A stretch of 64,000 nucleotides of DNA from a virus (lineage: Duplodnaviria; Heunggongvirae; Uroviricota; Caudoviricetes). Positions 49,628 to 58,459 of this stretch are shown in pieces. Location: IMG/VR virus record IMGVR_UViG_3300027708_003081. One strand, given 5' to 3'. A program made the position numbers and the translations under genes. Every line of letters begins with the position of its first letter. Positions within the stretch are counted from its first letter, which is position 1. The notes under the pieces are model-generated. The model was not told the origin of the DNA and did not search any database. It saw nothing but the letters and a program-made list of their open reading frames with translations.

Positions 49628-50431
49628 ATGAAAGATAGATTAAGAAAAGTTCAGTTTAAGTATTTGGATTACTTGTTTGAGAATATATGTTGGGTTAAAT
49701 CAAAAAATTATCCTAATTCTACCTTCTTCAAAAAAGATGATAAGGTGATATTGGAATTGGAAAATTCTGGTACATTATGGGTTTTATATTCAGTTTGGAA
49801 TAGTATTTCTGATACATTTTCTATTCAATACGAAGAAACTCAACAACTTATAAAGGAATGGATGGAAGCACAATTAAAATTGGGGGAAGTTGCACCGAGT
49901 CGTGATGCGGAAGAATATTGCATCGAGGTGGAATCTCAATTAAAACAGGTGGAAATTACGCCCACGAATTGTTTATATAGTAAAAAATCTTGGATAGAAG
50001 CACAATTAAAATCTGCGGAAGTTACACCACATACCAGTATTACAAATCAATTGATGAGGGTGCAAGAAGAATTAAACTCGGTGGAAGTTACACCACATTC
50101 ATTGTTTTTATTTTCGGGCTCTGATATGGAAGAAGAATTAAAATCGCAGGAAATTACACCTGTTGGGCGGTGGCTAAGGATTTCATACGAGACGGAAAAA
50201 GAATTAAAATCGGAGGAAGTGACACCAAGAAACGCCATAGCACCACCATATAGTTGGACAAACTTAAAATCAGAGGAAATAAAACCTACAATATCAACTT
50301 CTTATCGGTTAGAAGAAAAATTAAAATCAGAGGAAATAAAACCTGTTAAATTTTATGAAACCGAATTACAGTTTTTGGAAGAACAATTAAAACAGGAGAT
50401 ATTAAAATTTAATAAGAATGAAAAAAAATAA
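49628..50431 (+). CDS. Fifth paralogue of the 122-1534 family, with a nine-unit repeat-spacer C-terminal tail
   Basis: FKYLDYLF...LELE.SG.LWV...ETQQLIKEW core; ExxLKSxE(V/I)TP every 22 aa; host-type promoter at 49565-49596. Confidence 0.85.
   Translation: MKDRLRKVQFKYLDYLFENICWVKSKNYPNSTFFKKDDKVILELENSGTLWVLYSVWNSISDTFSIQYEETQQLIKEWMEAQLKLGEVAPSRDAEEYCIEVESQLKQVEITPTNCLYSKKSWIEAQLKSAEVTPHTSITNQLMRVQEELNSVEVTPHSLFLFSGSDMEEELKSQEITPVGRWLRISYETEKELKSEEVTPRNAIAPPYSWTNLKSEEIKPTISTSYRLEEKLKSEEIKPVKFYETELQFLEEQLKQEILKFNKNEKK
49861..50396 (+). CRISPR. In-frame, degenerate CRISPR-like array (36-nt repeat with mostly 30-nt unique spacers)
   Basis: Repeats start at 49861, 49927, 49993, 50059, 50125, 50191, 50251, 50308 and 50374 (partial). 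Spacer lengths are 30, 30, 30, 30, 30, 24, 21 and 30 nt. The first repeat is GATGGAAGCACAATTAAAATTGGGGGAAGTTGCACC. Confidence 0.5.
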
Positions 50432-50537
50432 TTGGGATATTGGGTTGGTATATTTTTTATTATTCGCGGCGGCATCCATATTTTTTGGTGCAACCGTTCA
50501 AGTCATATATGAATTTTTAACTCGTAAATAAAAAGTT

Positions 50538-50771
50538 ATGGAAGAAAAAATTTTGATTTGTGAGTATAGTGGATTACCTTTGTTATCAAGTTATAATTTA
50601 AAAAAAAGAAATATGGAAAATTTACAGATTAAAATTACAATCACCGATGGTGAAAAAGAAGTTAAAACTACAATTAATGCGCATGACTATAAAACTACTA
50701 AAGAACTACACGGAGTTAGTATGTTGGATGTTTTAGTTGATTTGTTATTACAAGACATAACAAAAAAATAA
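50538..50771 (+). CDS. Hypothetical protein
   Basis: ORF track. Confidence 0.6.
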   Translation: MEEKILICEYSGLPLLSSYNLKKRNMENLQIKITITDGEKEVKTTINAHDYKTTKELHGVSMLDVLVDLLLQDITKK

Positions 50772-50779
50772 AATAATAT

Positions 50780-51913
50780 ATGGAAAATGTTAACAGTTGC
50801 GCTTATGTCGCAAAGATAGATGAAATAAAAGAAATCGTTGGTGCAGATAAAATAGAACAAGCCCGCATCGGTGGATGGAATTGCATCATCCAAAAGGGAG
50901 AATATAATGTTGGTGATTTGGTTGTTGTTGCAACCACCGATGCGGTTATACCCGAGAGTTTATCTGACGCAATGAACGTAACCAACTATCTCCGTAAGGG
51001 ACAGAGGGTTAGGACTGTAAAGTTAAGAGGTGTGTATAGTGAGTGTTTGATTATTCCATTCAGTTATGTTCCTACTCGTACTAAAGGTGTATATTACGAA
51101 GGGGACGATGTGATGGAAATTTTAAAGATTTTCAAGTATGAACCACCAGTTAAACAAATAACTCTTGGTTCAGGTAGAACAATAAGATATTCGGAAAACC
51201 CGAACTTCTTGGTATATTATAAGTTCCCAAATCAAAAGAACGTTCCTGAAATGTTTAATGAGGAAGATGACGTTCAAATAACAAGGAAGATACACGGAAC
51301 CAATGCGAGATACGGAATCGTTAAGAAGACCAAATTATCTTTATGGGATAAAGTTAAGAAGTTTTTTAGAGTTGCGGATAAATGGATAGATTATGAATTT
51401 GTGGTAGGTTCCCATAATGTTGAGAAAGGTTCTGACTCACAAGGATTTTATGAAACAAATGTTTGGTATGAAATCGCGGACAAATATAACATAAAAGAAA
51501 AGTTATGGAATTTTGTTAAACTTAATTCATTAGAAGACACTGGTTCGGGTATAACATTATATGGTGAAATCTATGGTGCGGGAATACAGAAAGGATATGA
51601 TTATGGTTTGGAAGAGATAAAGTTTGTGGGGTTTGATATAATAATAGATGGTAAATATTTGGATACACTCAATACTAAATTGATATTAACCGACTTTTTA
51701 AGATTACCACACGTAGAAGAATTATATGTCGGTAAATGGAGTAAAGAACTTCAGGATATGTTTGTGGTTAATAATTTCATACCGGGAACCAAGGTACCAC
51801 ACGAAGGTATAGTAGTTAAAAGTACAAGTGGTGAACGTTCCAAAATCTCAAAAGTGATTAACAATGATTATCTTTTGTATGGTGAGAAAAACGAAATAGG
51901 TGATTCACATTAA
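50780..51913 (+). CDS. ATP-dependent RNA ligase, DRB0094/Rnl2-like, with an N-terminal tRNA-binding OB-like domain
   Basis: Motif I KIHGTN, EIYG, FDI, EGIVVK and terminal KVIN; N-terminal I.GADKIE...V.K. Confidence 0.9.
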   Translation: MENVNSCAYVAKIDEIKEIVGADKIEQARIGGWNCIIQKGEYNVGDLVVVATTDAVIPESLSDAMNVTNYLRKGQRVRTVKLRGVYSECLIIPFSYVPTRTKGVYYEGDDVMEILKIFKYEPPVKQITLGSGRTIRYSENPNFLVYYKFPNQKNVPEMFNEEDDVQITRKIHGTNARYGIVKKTKLSLWDKVKKFFRVADKWIDYEFVVGSHNVEKGSDSQGFYETNVWYEIADKYNIKEKLWNFVKLNSLEDTGSGITLYGEIYGAGIQKGYDYGLEEIKFVGFDIIIDGKYLDTLNTKLILTDFLRLPHVEELYVGKWSKELQDMFVVNNFIPGTKVPHEGIVVKSTSGERSKISKVINNDYLLYGEKNEIGDSH

Positions 51914-51964
51914 AATATTGTAATTTATATTAGTTTTTTTCTATTAGTTATATATTTATATTAT

Positions 51965-52129
51965 ATGGGAAGATTAAAAAAATATTCTACGGAGGAGGAA
52001 AAAAAAGAAGTCCAAAAAAAATGGGCTAAAGAATATTATTATCGTAACAAAGAAAAAATAAATAAAAAAGCTATGGAAAAATACTATGAATTACAAAAAA
52101 ATTTACAATCAAATAGTCAAGAGGGCTAA
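51965..52129 (+). CDS. Small basic protein (54 aa) preceding the homing endonuclease
   Basis: MGRLKKYSTEEEKKEVQKKWAKEYYYRNKEKINKKAMEKY...; TATTTATA at 51953-51960. Confidence 0.6.
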   Translation: MGRLKKYSTEEEKKEVQKKWAKEYYYRNKEKINKKAMEKYYELQKNLQSNSQEG

Positions 52130-52847
52130 AAGTGAAAACAGATGTAAAAACAATGGGACTTATTATGAATTACATCATATAAAACCTAAATGTTTAGGTG
52201 GTAAAAATAATAAACAAAATTTAGTTTTATTAACCGCAAAAGAACATTTCTTATGTCATAAATTATTAGTTAATATAAACCCAAAAGAAAAAAGTTTAAT
52301 TTTTGCTTTGTGGATGATGTCTAACGGAAGTAATATACTCCGTAACAAGTATTTAAACATCTCGTCAAGGGAGTATGAATATTCGCGTAATTTATATTCC
52401 GAATCAAGAAAAGGATTTACGTATTCTGATGAAAGTAAAAAGAAAATGAGTGAATCACAGAAAAATAAAATTGGTTATAAAAATTCATTTTATGGTGGAA
52501 AACATTCCGAAGAAACAAAAAAGAAAATGTCTGAAAGGGCTAAAAATCGTATAGTTTCCGAAGAAACAAAAAAGAAAATGTCAGTAGTAAGAAAAGGTAA
52601 AAAACATTCAGAACAAGCAAAAATAAATATGTCAAATGCGATGAAAGGAGTTAAAAAAACTCAATCACAAATTGATAAGATTAAAAATAGTAGATTAGGT
52701 AAAAAAAATTCGGAGGAAAGTAAACTAAAAGTATCCGAAAAACTAAAAGGAATTGTCAGGCCAATTTTTACAGAAGAACACAGAAAAAAAATAAGTGAAT
52801 CATTAAAAAAATATCATAAAAAAAATAATATTGGAGATTCTCACTGA
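52086..52847 (+). mobile_element. Free-standing HNH homing endonuclease with NUMOD3 DNA-binding repeats
   Basis: ELHHIKPKCLGG...NLVLLTAKEHFLCH; repeated HSEETKKKMS motifs. Confidence 0.9.
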
Positions 52848-52878
52848 TTTTATTATCTTTGTTCTCTAAATAAATCAT

Positions 52879-53043
52879 ATGAATACAATTAATTTCAACC
52901 AACCAACTTACCAAAGATTTAAAAGCGAATACCAAAAGGCAGTTAATTCCAAAAAACAAATTTTCATATTTGACGGTAATGAACTTCTAACTGATTACGC
53001 GAAATATGTGATTGAATATCTTAAACCAACATTTGAAAATTAA
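52879..53043 (+). CDS. Small hypothetical protein (54 aa)
   Basis: MNTINFNQPTYQRFKSEYQKAV...FDGNELLTDYAKYVIEYL*. Confidence 0.6.
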   Translation: MNTINFNQPTYQRFKSEYQKAVNSKKQIFIFDGNELLTDYAKYVIEYLKPTFEN

Positions 53044-53137
53044 GTTATGATAAATGATAGTGTTTTGATTGGGGTTATATCCGTGTGTGGATTCCTGATG
53101 GCGTGGGAACTAAAAAGAAAAAATAAAAAAAAGTAAT

Positions 53138-53407
53138 ATGTTAAAAGAAACTATTCCAGGAGTTAGTGAAGAACTTATGAGTAATAAGGACAAATACGAT
53201 AGTGCGGTATTCGGAGATGTTACTGCCAAAGTTAAGGAACTTATGAAAAACAATATGAAACTTCCCCTCAAAGAGAAATCGGAAAGAAATAAGGATAAAG
53301 AACATTTGGAGTTCATATATGCAAGACTGATACACGTTTATCAGGAGCAAGAGAATATTGATTTTATGATAAAATTTAAAAAAATAATAGATGGTTATGA
53401 AAGGTAA
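53138..53407 (+). CDS. Hypothetical protein
   Basis: ORF track. Confidence 0.6.
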   Translation: MLKETIPGVSEELMSNKDKYDSAVFGDVTAKVKELMKNNMKLPLKEKSERNKDKEHLEFIYARLIHVYQEQENIDFMIKFKKIIDGYER

Positions 53408-53624
53408 ATTACAAAAAAACAGCGAAGGACAATGGATTATTTGGCATAAAAAAGATTTTGATATGTGCGCCACAGATGGGGGAGATATTCCAGTACACGA
53501 ACAACATAGTTTTTGGTTAAGAATGTTTGGTGAGATTGGAAAGGAAATGACTTATATTATTGAAAATGGAGAAGCAAAATTAAAAGCCGATGGCCCTGAT
53601 ACTCACGAATATACACAAGATTAA
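53391..53624 (+). CDS. Hypothetical protein
   Basis: ORF track; MKGKLQK start resembles the next gene. Confidence 0.6.
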   Translation: MVMKGKLQKNSEGQWIIWHKKDFDMCATDGGDIPVHEQHSFWLRMFGEIGKEMTYIIENGEAKLKADGPDTHEYTQD

Positions 53625-53625
53625 T

Positions 53626-53979
53626 ATGAAAGGAACATTATTAAAAGAAAATAACATTTATTGGATAGTAGAACATTGGGAGGGACTCAAAGTCAAAGAG
53701 TATTCATTACATCCTGATGATGCGATTTATTGTCTTGATAGTGATAAGTTAAAAGAAGTGGAGTTTGAAATAGTAAATGAGTATATTGATGAACACACCA
53801 ATCAAGTTCAAACATATGCTAAACTGATTCCAAAGAATGAAGGCGTGCCTAATTTTGATACTTGGAATGAAATATTTGCCGAGATTGAAGGTTCGTTGCA
53901 CGTCCCATTACCATTAAGAGTAAAGAATTGGTTAAGAAATAAGTTTAATCCACCCACCCAAAAGTCAAGCGAAATTTGA
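53626..53979 (+). CDS. Hypothetical protein
   Basis: Start refined to MKGTLLK. Confidence 0.6.
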   Translation: MKGTLLKENNIYWIVEHWEGLKVKEYSLHPDDAIYCLDSDKLKEVEFEIVNEYIDEHTNQVQTYAKLIPKNEGVPNFDTWNEIFAEIEGSLHVPLPLRVKNWLRNKFNPPTQKSSEI

Positions 53980-54010
53980 CTATATCAAGAAAATATTATA
54001 AGTTTGTAAT

Positions 54011-54628
54011 ATGAAAAAAATATGGATAGCCATAGGTTTAATTATGGCAATAAACACAAGTTGGGCTCAGGTGTCCGTGGATGACGATAACTTTGCAGTA
54101 TTTGTAAAAGCACAAAACGAATCGAAAAGGGAAATTGATAGTTTAAACAATATAGAATTATTAAGTAGGATTGCTAAATTTGATAGTGTTAATGTTGTTG
54201 TTGCACAACCAAAACCTGTAGAAAAACCAAAAGTAATTGAGACGCCAAAGGTAATTAAAAAAGAAACACCAAAACCTATTGTTAAAGTAGAACCTGTCGT
54301 TGAAGTTGAGAAACCAAAACCAATACGAGAACCCTTTAACAAATATTATATAGAGGACAATTATTACATCGGAGGAACATCAGTATTTTCGGAGAATTAT
54401 TTGGTCGGAATTAAATTTGAGAGTTCTTTAAGGGAAAAATCATATGTGTTATTTAAGATAGTTAAAAAAAATGTTGCATTAAATAATTCAAACAGGACTA
54501 ATGATTATTTCACGGGAACATACTTTATTCCGATTAGTTGGTGGAATGATAATTTTGTTGCCAGTTCATTAACTTATGAGCAAATAGAATATATTAAAGA
54601 TAACTTCCAAATGAAGTATAAAAATTAA
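54011..54628 (+). CDS. Secreted hypothetical protein with a Pro/Lys/Val linker
   Basis: Signal peptide ending SWAQ; promoter TAAGTTTG at 53999-54006. Confidence 0.7.
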   Translation: MKKIWIAIGLIMAINTSWAQVSVDDDNFAVFVKAQNESKREIDSLNNIELLSRIAKFDSVNVVVAQPKPVEKPKVIETPKVIKKETPKPIVKVEPVVEVEKPKPIREPFNKYYIEDNYYIGGTSVFSENYLVGIKFESSLREKSYVLFKIVKKNVALNNSNRTNDYFTGTYFIPISWWNDNFVASSLTYEQIEYIKDNFQMKYKN

Positions 54629-54655
54629 AAAAGTGTAAAATAAAACATTAAAAAT

Positions 54656-54862
54656 ATGCAAAACAAATATATACAATTAAATTCAGCCGCGGGTGATTTA
54701 AAACATCATATTAACCCAATTATGATATGTAATATTACAGAATATGATAATTTTTCAATTGTCTATACAATTGGGGGACAAGTTATTAACGTAAAAGAAA
54801 GTCCTGAAGAAATTAAAAAATTAGTTGAAGATGCGGAGAAATTTACGTTAATTACAAAATAA
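54656..54862 (+). CDS. Small FlbD/SwrD-like-motif protein
   Basis: INP..I..I...VKESPEEI pattern. Confidence 0.45.
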   Translation: MQNKYIQLNSAAGDLKHHINPIMICNITEYDNFSIVYTIGGQVINVKESPEEIKKLVEDAEKFTLITK

Positions 54863-54879
54863 TTTCTTATCTTTGTGTT

Positions 54880-55392
54880 ATGAGTAAAGCAACCCTGTTT
54901 TTAGATATTGACGGAGTATTGGCAACCAACAAGCAGTATATGATGAACCGAAAGAAATTTCAGGACAAAAACCCCCTTGCCAAAGATATAAAAATACCAT
55001 ATCCATTTGACCCCAAGTGTGTTAAAGTGTTTAATGAAATCTTGGATGCCACAGGTGCAGATATTGTATTAAGTTCAGATTGGAGAGAACATTTTAGTTT
55101 GGAAGATATTGATAAAATATTCAAGTTTAATGGTGTTAATAAGTCACCTGTTGATATTACAGTAAGTGAACTTGCATCATTTGGTAATCAAACTATGAAT
55201 AGGGCTTTTCAAATAGGAGAATACGTAACTAGAAACAATATTACCAACTATGTTGTTATTGATGATTTGAATGTTGGTAAGTATATGTCTATAACTAATG
55301 AAGAAGATAAGTTTTTCTTAACCGAGAATTTTGAAGGGATTAAAAAAGTTGGACTCAAAGATAAAATTATTAAAAAATTAAATAATGGGTAA
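54880..55392 (+). CDS. HAD-superfamily phosphatase (Swiss Army Knife RNA-repair-like HAD)
   Basis: FLDIDGVL, VLSSDWR and YVVIDD motifs. Confidence 0.8.
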   Translation: MSKATLFLDIDGVLATNKQYMMNRKKFQDKNPLAKDIKIPYPFDPKCVKVFNEILDATGADIVLSSDWREHFSLEDIDKIFKFNGVNKSPVDITVSELASFGNQTMNRAFQIGEYVTRNNITNYVVIDDLNVGKYMSITNEEDKFFLTENFEGIKKVGLKDKIIKKLNNG

Positions 55393-55780
55393 GAAAAAAC
55401 CTGATTTGGTTGTTTGGAGTGAAGAGAAAGGGTATTACCCAAGAGAATTAACTTATGGTTCAAATCTTGGAGCTCCAGCAATAAAGCTTGATGATGTTGA
55501 TGGATGGAAGAAAAGTCAGGCGATGGATGCAAATAAAGAATTTGCCGCAAGATACGAAGAACTGAAAGAACAATTTGATAAGATGTTGGAGGAGGTGTAT
55601 TGGAATGATGAGGTTTACCGTTCAAAATACACCTTCATTCCAATAATTGGTGAGACGTATCACTTGTATAGGAGAGAAAATGGGACAACCTTTCTTTCAA
55701 TTATAACACCATCAAGTTGGGGTATGGAACATATTGGAAGTTTTAAATTAGATTCAAATAAAAAATGGAATAAAATATGA
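55385..55780 (+). CDS. DUF2452-like Bacteroidota protein
   Basis: YGSNLGAPAI...VY.SKY.F.PIIGETYHLY...FLSII.P..W. Confidence 0.7.
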   Translation: MGKKKPDLVVWSEEKGYYPRELTYGSNLGAPAIKLDDVDGWKKSQAMDANKEFAARYEELKEQFDKMLEEVYWNDEVYRSKYTFIPIIGETYHLYRRENGTTFLSIITPSSWGMEHIGSFKLDSNKKWNKI

Positions 55781-55947
55781 AAAAGTTATTATTTTTACTA
55801 GTAATCGTTAGTCTTGTTAGTTGTGATACATCATATCAAACAACTTCAAATCAAACAATAACAACCTACAAATTCAAAAAGAATGGTGTTAAATACCAAG
55901 CCACAAGAACCTACATCTATAAAATAGACACACTAAAAAACAATTAA
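55777..55947 (+). CDS. Small lipoprotein (56 aa)
   Basis: MKKLLFLLVIVSLVSC lipobox; ATGA overlap. Confidence 0.6.
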   Translation: MKKLLFLLVIVSLVSCDTSYQTTSNQTITTYKFKKNGVKYQATRTYIYKIDTLKNN

Positions 55948-55950
55948 TAT

Positions 55951-56199
55951 ATGAATATAGGATTCATACCACACGGAACAATTTCAAAGAAGAAAAGAAT
56001 CTTTTGGGAAGGACAATTCTTTGCTTTTGTTAGAAATTTCAAGGACGGAATAACATTCTTCAAATTTAGACTTAATTTGGATTTGTATAAGGATGACCAT
56101 TCACCAGCATTTCAATTGGAACTTACCATCCTTAATTGTTATAACCACATTTGGATATATCAAAATAATCCTGATTATGAAGAGGATTTTGAAGACTAA
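55951..56199 (+). CDS. Hypothetical protein
   Basis: ORF track. Confidence 0.6.
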   Translation: MNIGFIPHGTISKKKRIFWEGQFFAFVRNFKDGITFFKFRLNLDLYKDDHSPAFQLELTILNCYNHIWIYQNNPDYEEDFED

Positions 56200-56215
56200 C
56201 TAATATTTATTTTAT

Positions 56216-56752
56216 GTGATAAAATACATAAAAGACATATTAACACCTATTAAACCCCACCAAAGGTTGCTCGCACTTGTTTTTATTTTACTGGCTTCAA
56301 TTATCACAACTCTCGGTGTTCAACTTATAAAAGAAAAAAATTCAAGAGATGTAAATTGCGAAGAGAGAAGTAAATTAAAGGATAGCCAAATCAAAGAACT
56401 TTATTTATCACAAGATAGTTTACAGGATTTAATATTATCAACAAAAAGCGAATTTAATCAAAAATTGATACAGAATAGTGATTTTTATTCCAAAAAAATA
56501 GATTCTTTAATTGATTACATTAAAGCAAGAAAAACTGTTATGATGGTAAAAGTAGAGAAAAAAAATAATATGTTAACTTATGATGATATTAGAAAAATTG
56601 ATACTTCAAATATAATGGCGGATATGATTTGTGAAGATACAATTAAACCTATTTTACATAAAATACCCACTCAATTTACCGCAGAAGATTTACACATTAT
56701 TAATTATTTACAAGGATTGAAAAAAAATATTCAATCAAACATCCAATTTTAA
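56216..56752 (+). CDS. Membrane-anchored coiled-coil protein
   Basis: One TM segment (LLALVFILLASIITTLGV) followed by a helical region. Confidence 0.65.
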   Translation: MIKYIKDILTPIKPHQRLLALVFILLASIITTLGVQLIKEKNSRDVNCEERSKLKDSQIKELYLSQDSLQDLILSTKSEFNQKLIQNSDFYSKKIDSLIDYIKARKTVMMVKVEKKNNMLTYDDIRKIDTSNIMADMICEDTIKPILHKIPTQFTAEDLHIINYLQGLKKNIQSNIQF

Positions 56753-56776
56753 TTTTAATTTCCTTATCTTTGTCCT

Positions 56777-58048
56777 ATGTTAATGGAAAAAGTCAAGTCG
56801 GCACCAAAATCTGCGGGTTGTTATATCTTCAAAGATGATAAGGAACAGATTATATATGTGGGTATGTCCAAATACCTACCAAGACGTGTAAACTCCTATT
56901 TCAAAAAAACTCAAGAAGGTAAGACAAAACTCCTTGTTGAGAATATCAAAGATGTTGAGTTTAGAACCACACCCACCGAACAGGATGCAATCGCTCTTGA
57001 AGAAGAACTAATCAAATTATATAAGCCAAGGTTTAACATCAAAGGTAAGGATGATAAGACTCGTAATTGGTCTATCACCATAACAGATAATCCTGTTCCC
57101 CGTCTTCAAATGGTTAGAGAAAAACCCGAAGATAGACCCTCTATGGACTTCACAAATGGGTTAAAGTGTCAGGAGGTATACAATCTACTTCACGATGTTT
57201 TCCCCCTTCGTTCTTGCTCTTATGAGCTCACAACAATAGCAATCAAGGATGGTAAGTTCAAACCTTGTTTGGAGTATCATTTGGGTAGATGTATGGCTCC
57301 TTGTGTTAATGTTGATGTTATATTCCAAAACTTCAAAAACATAATGTTAATCAAAAAGTTATTTGAGTTGAACTTTTCTTTTGTTAGAAAGGAATTAACA
57401 AGGGAGATGAACGCCTTATCACAGAATATGGAGTTTGAGAAAGCCAATACTTATTTACACAGATTGAACGCTCTTAATCAACTTGAAACTGCGGTTGAAC
57501 CTGTTCGTGTTAGACAGATTGGTAAAGTAGCTGCGGATATACAAAACACATTAGGGTTAAAGAATCTTCCTGTTATTATTGAGGCGTTTGATAATTCACA
57601 TCATCAGGGTGATTGTAATGTTTCTGCATCGGTTAGGTTTGTTAATCAAGTTCCTGATAAGAGTGAATACAGAAAGTTTAATATCAAATCATTCTCGGGT
57701 GCTAATGACTACGCATCTTTTGGTGAGGTATTACACAGAAGATTCAAACGCTTGCTTGATGAGAAGAAACAACTACCACACCTTGTTGTTATTGATGGTG
57801 GGGTTGGACAACTTAATGTTGCAATCAAAGTATTTGGTGCTCTTCATATCACAGACAAAGTTGATTTAATCTCCATATCCAAAGATGATAAACACAAGTC
57901 ATCTACCATTCATCTCACGGATGGTTCAAGAAAATCTATTATGGATAGTATGAACTATTCCGTTCTTGCAAAGATACAGGATGAGGTTCACAGGTTCGCA
58001 ATAAAATTCCACAGAGAAAAGTATTCTAAAAAGTTACTAAATAAGTGA
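56777..58048 (+). CDS. uvrC: UvrC-like excinuclease lacking the C-terminal HhH2 domain
   Basis: GIY-YIG (GCYIF...IIYVG), Cys-rich region, UVR domain (MEFEKA), RNase H-like IEAFDNSH...DY..F.EV..RR...LVVIDGG.GQL...DEVHRFA; the ORF ends right after this. Confidence 0.9.
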   Translation: MLMEKVKSAPKSAGCYIFKDDKEQIIYVGMSKYLPRRVNSYFKKTQEGKTKLLVENIKDVEFRTTPTEQDAIALEEELIKLYKPRFNIKGKDDKTRNWSITITDNPVPRLQMVREKPEDRPSMDFTNGLKCQEVYNLLHDVFPLRSCSYELTTIAIKDGKFKPCLEYHLGRCMAPCVNVDVIFQNFKNIMLIKKLFELNFSFVRKELTREMNALSQNMEFEKANTYLHRLNALNQLETAVEPVRVRQIGKVAADIQNTLGLKNLPVIIEAFDNSHHQGDCNVSASVRFVNQVPDKSEYRKFNIKSFSGANDYASFGEVLHRRFKRLLDEKKQLPHLVVIDGGVGQLNVAIKVFGALHITDKVDLISISKDDKHKSSTIHLTDGSRKSIMDSMNYSVLAKIQDEVHRFAIKFHREKYSKKLLNK

Positions 58049-58069
58049 TATTTATAATAAAACTTTATA

Positions 58070-58402
58070 ATGAAAAAAATTACAAGATTAACTGAATCTG
58101 ATTTAACAAGATTGGTTAAAAAAATTATTAGTGAGGGAAAAAACGACATAAAAATCCCAAAAAAATATAAAGGATTACATTCTGAAGTTGGTTCATCAAC
58201 ATCAGCGAATGAAATTATTAGTATGTGGAATGAATATGTATTTCCTGATGTTATGGGTGATGCATCTAAACTATCTGAATACGAAGATGGAAAGTTCCAC
58301 AATAAGAAAGGTAAATCTTTTTCTGTAAATGTGATTCTTGATGAAATAAATTATTCTCTCGTCGGTGATGAAGATGATGAAGATGAGGATGATGAAGATT
58401 AA
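58070..58402 (+). CDS. MKKITRLTESDL-leader phage protein
   Basis: ORF track; TATTTATA at 58049-58056; acidic tail. Confidence 0.8.
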   Translation: MKKITRLTESDLTRLVKKIISEGKNDIKIPKKYKGLHSEVGSSTSANEIISMWNEYVFPDVMGDASKLSEYEDGKFHNKKGKSFSVNVILDEINYSLVGDEDDEDEDDED

Positions 58403-58421
58403 AAATAATTAAACAATTAAT

Positions 58422-58445
58422 TCCCTCCCCAAAAGGAGGGATTTT
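58422..58445 (+). terminator. Probable terminator
   Basis: CCCTCC/GGAGGG stem followed by ATTTT. Confidence 0.5.
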
Positions 58446-58459
58446 GATATTTATATAAG

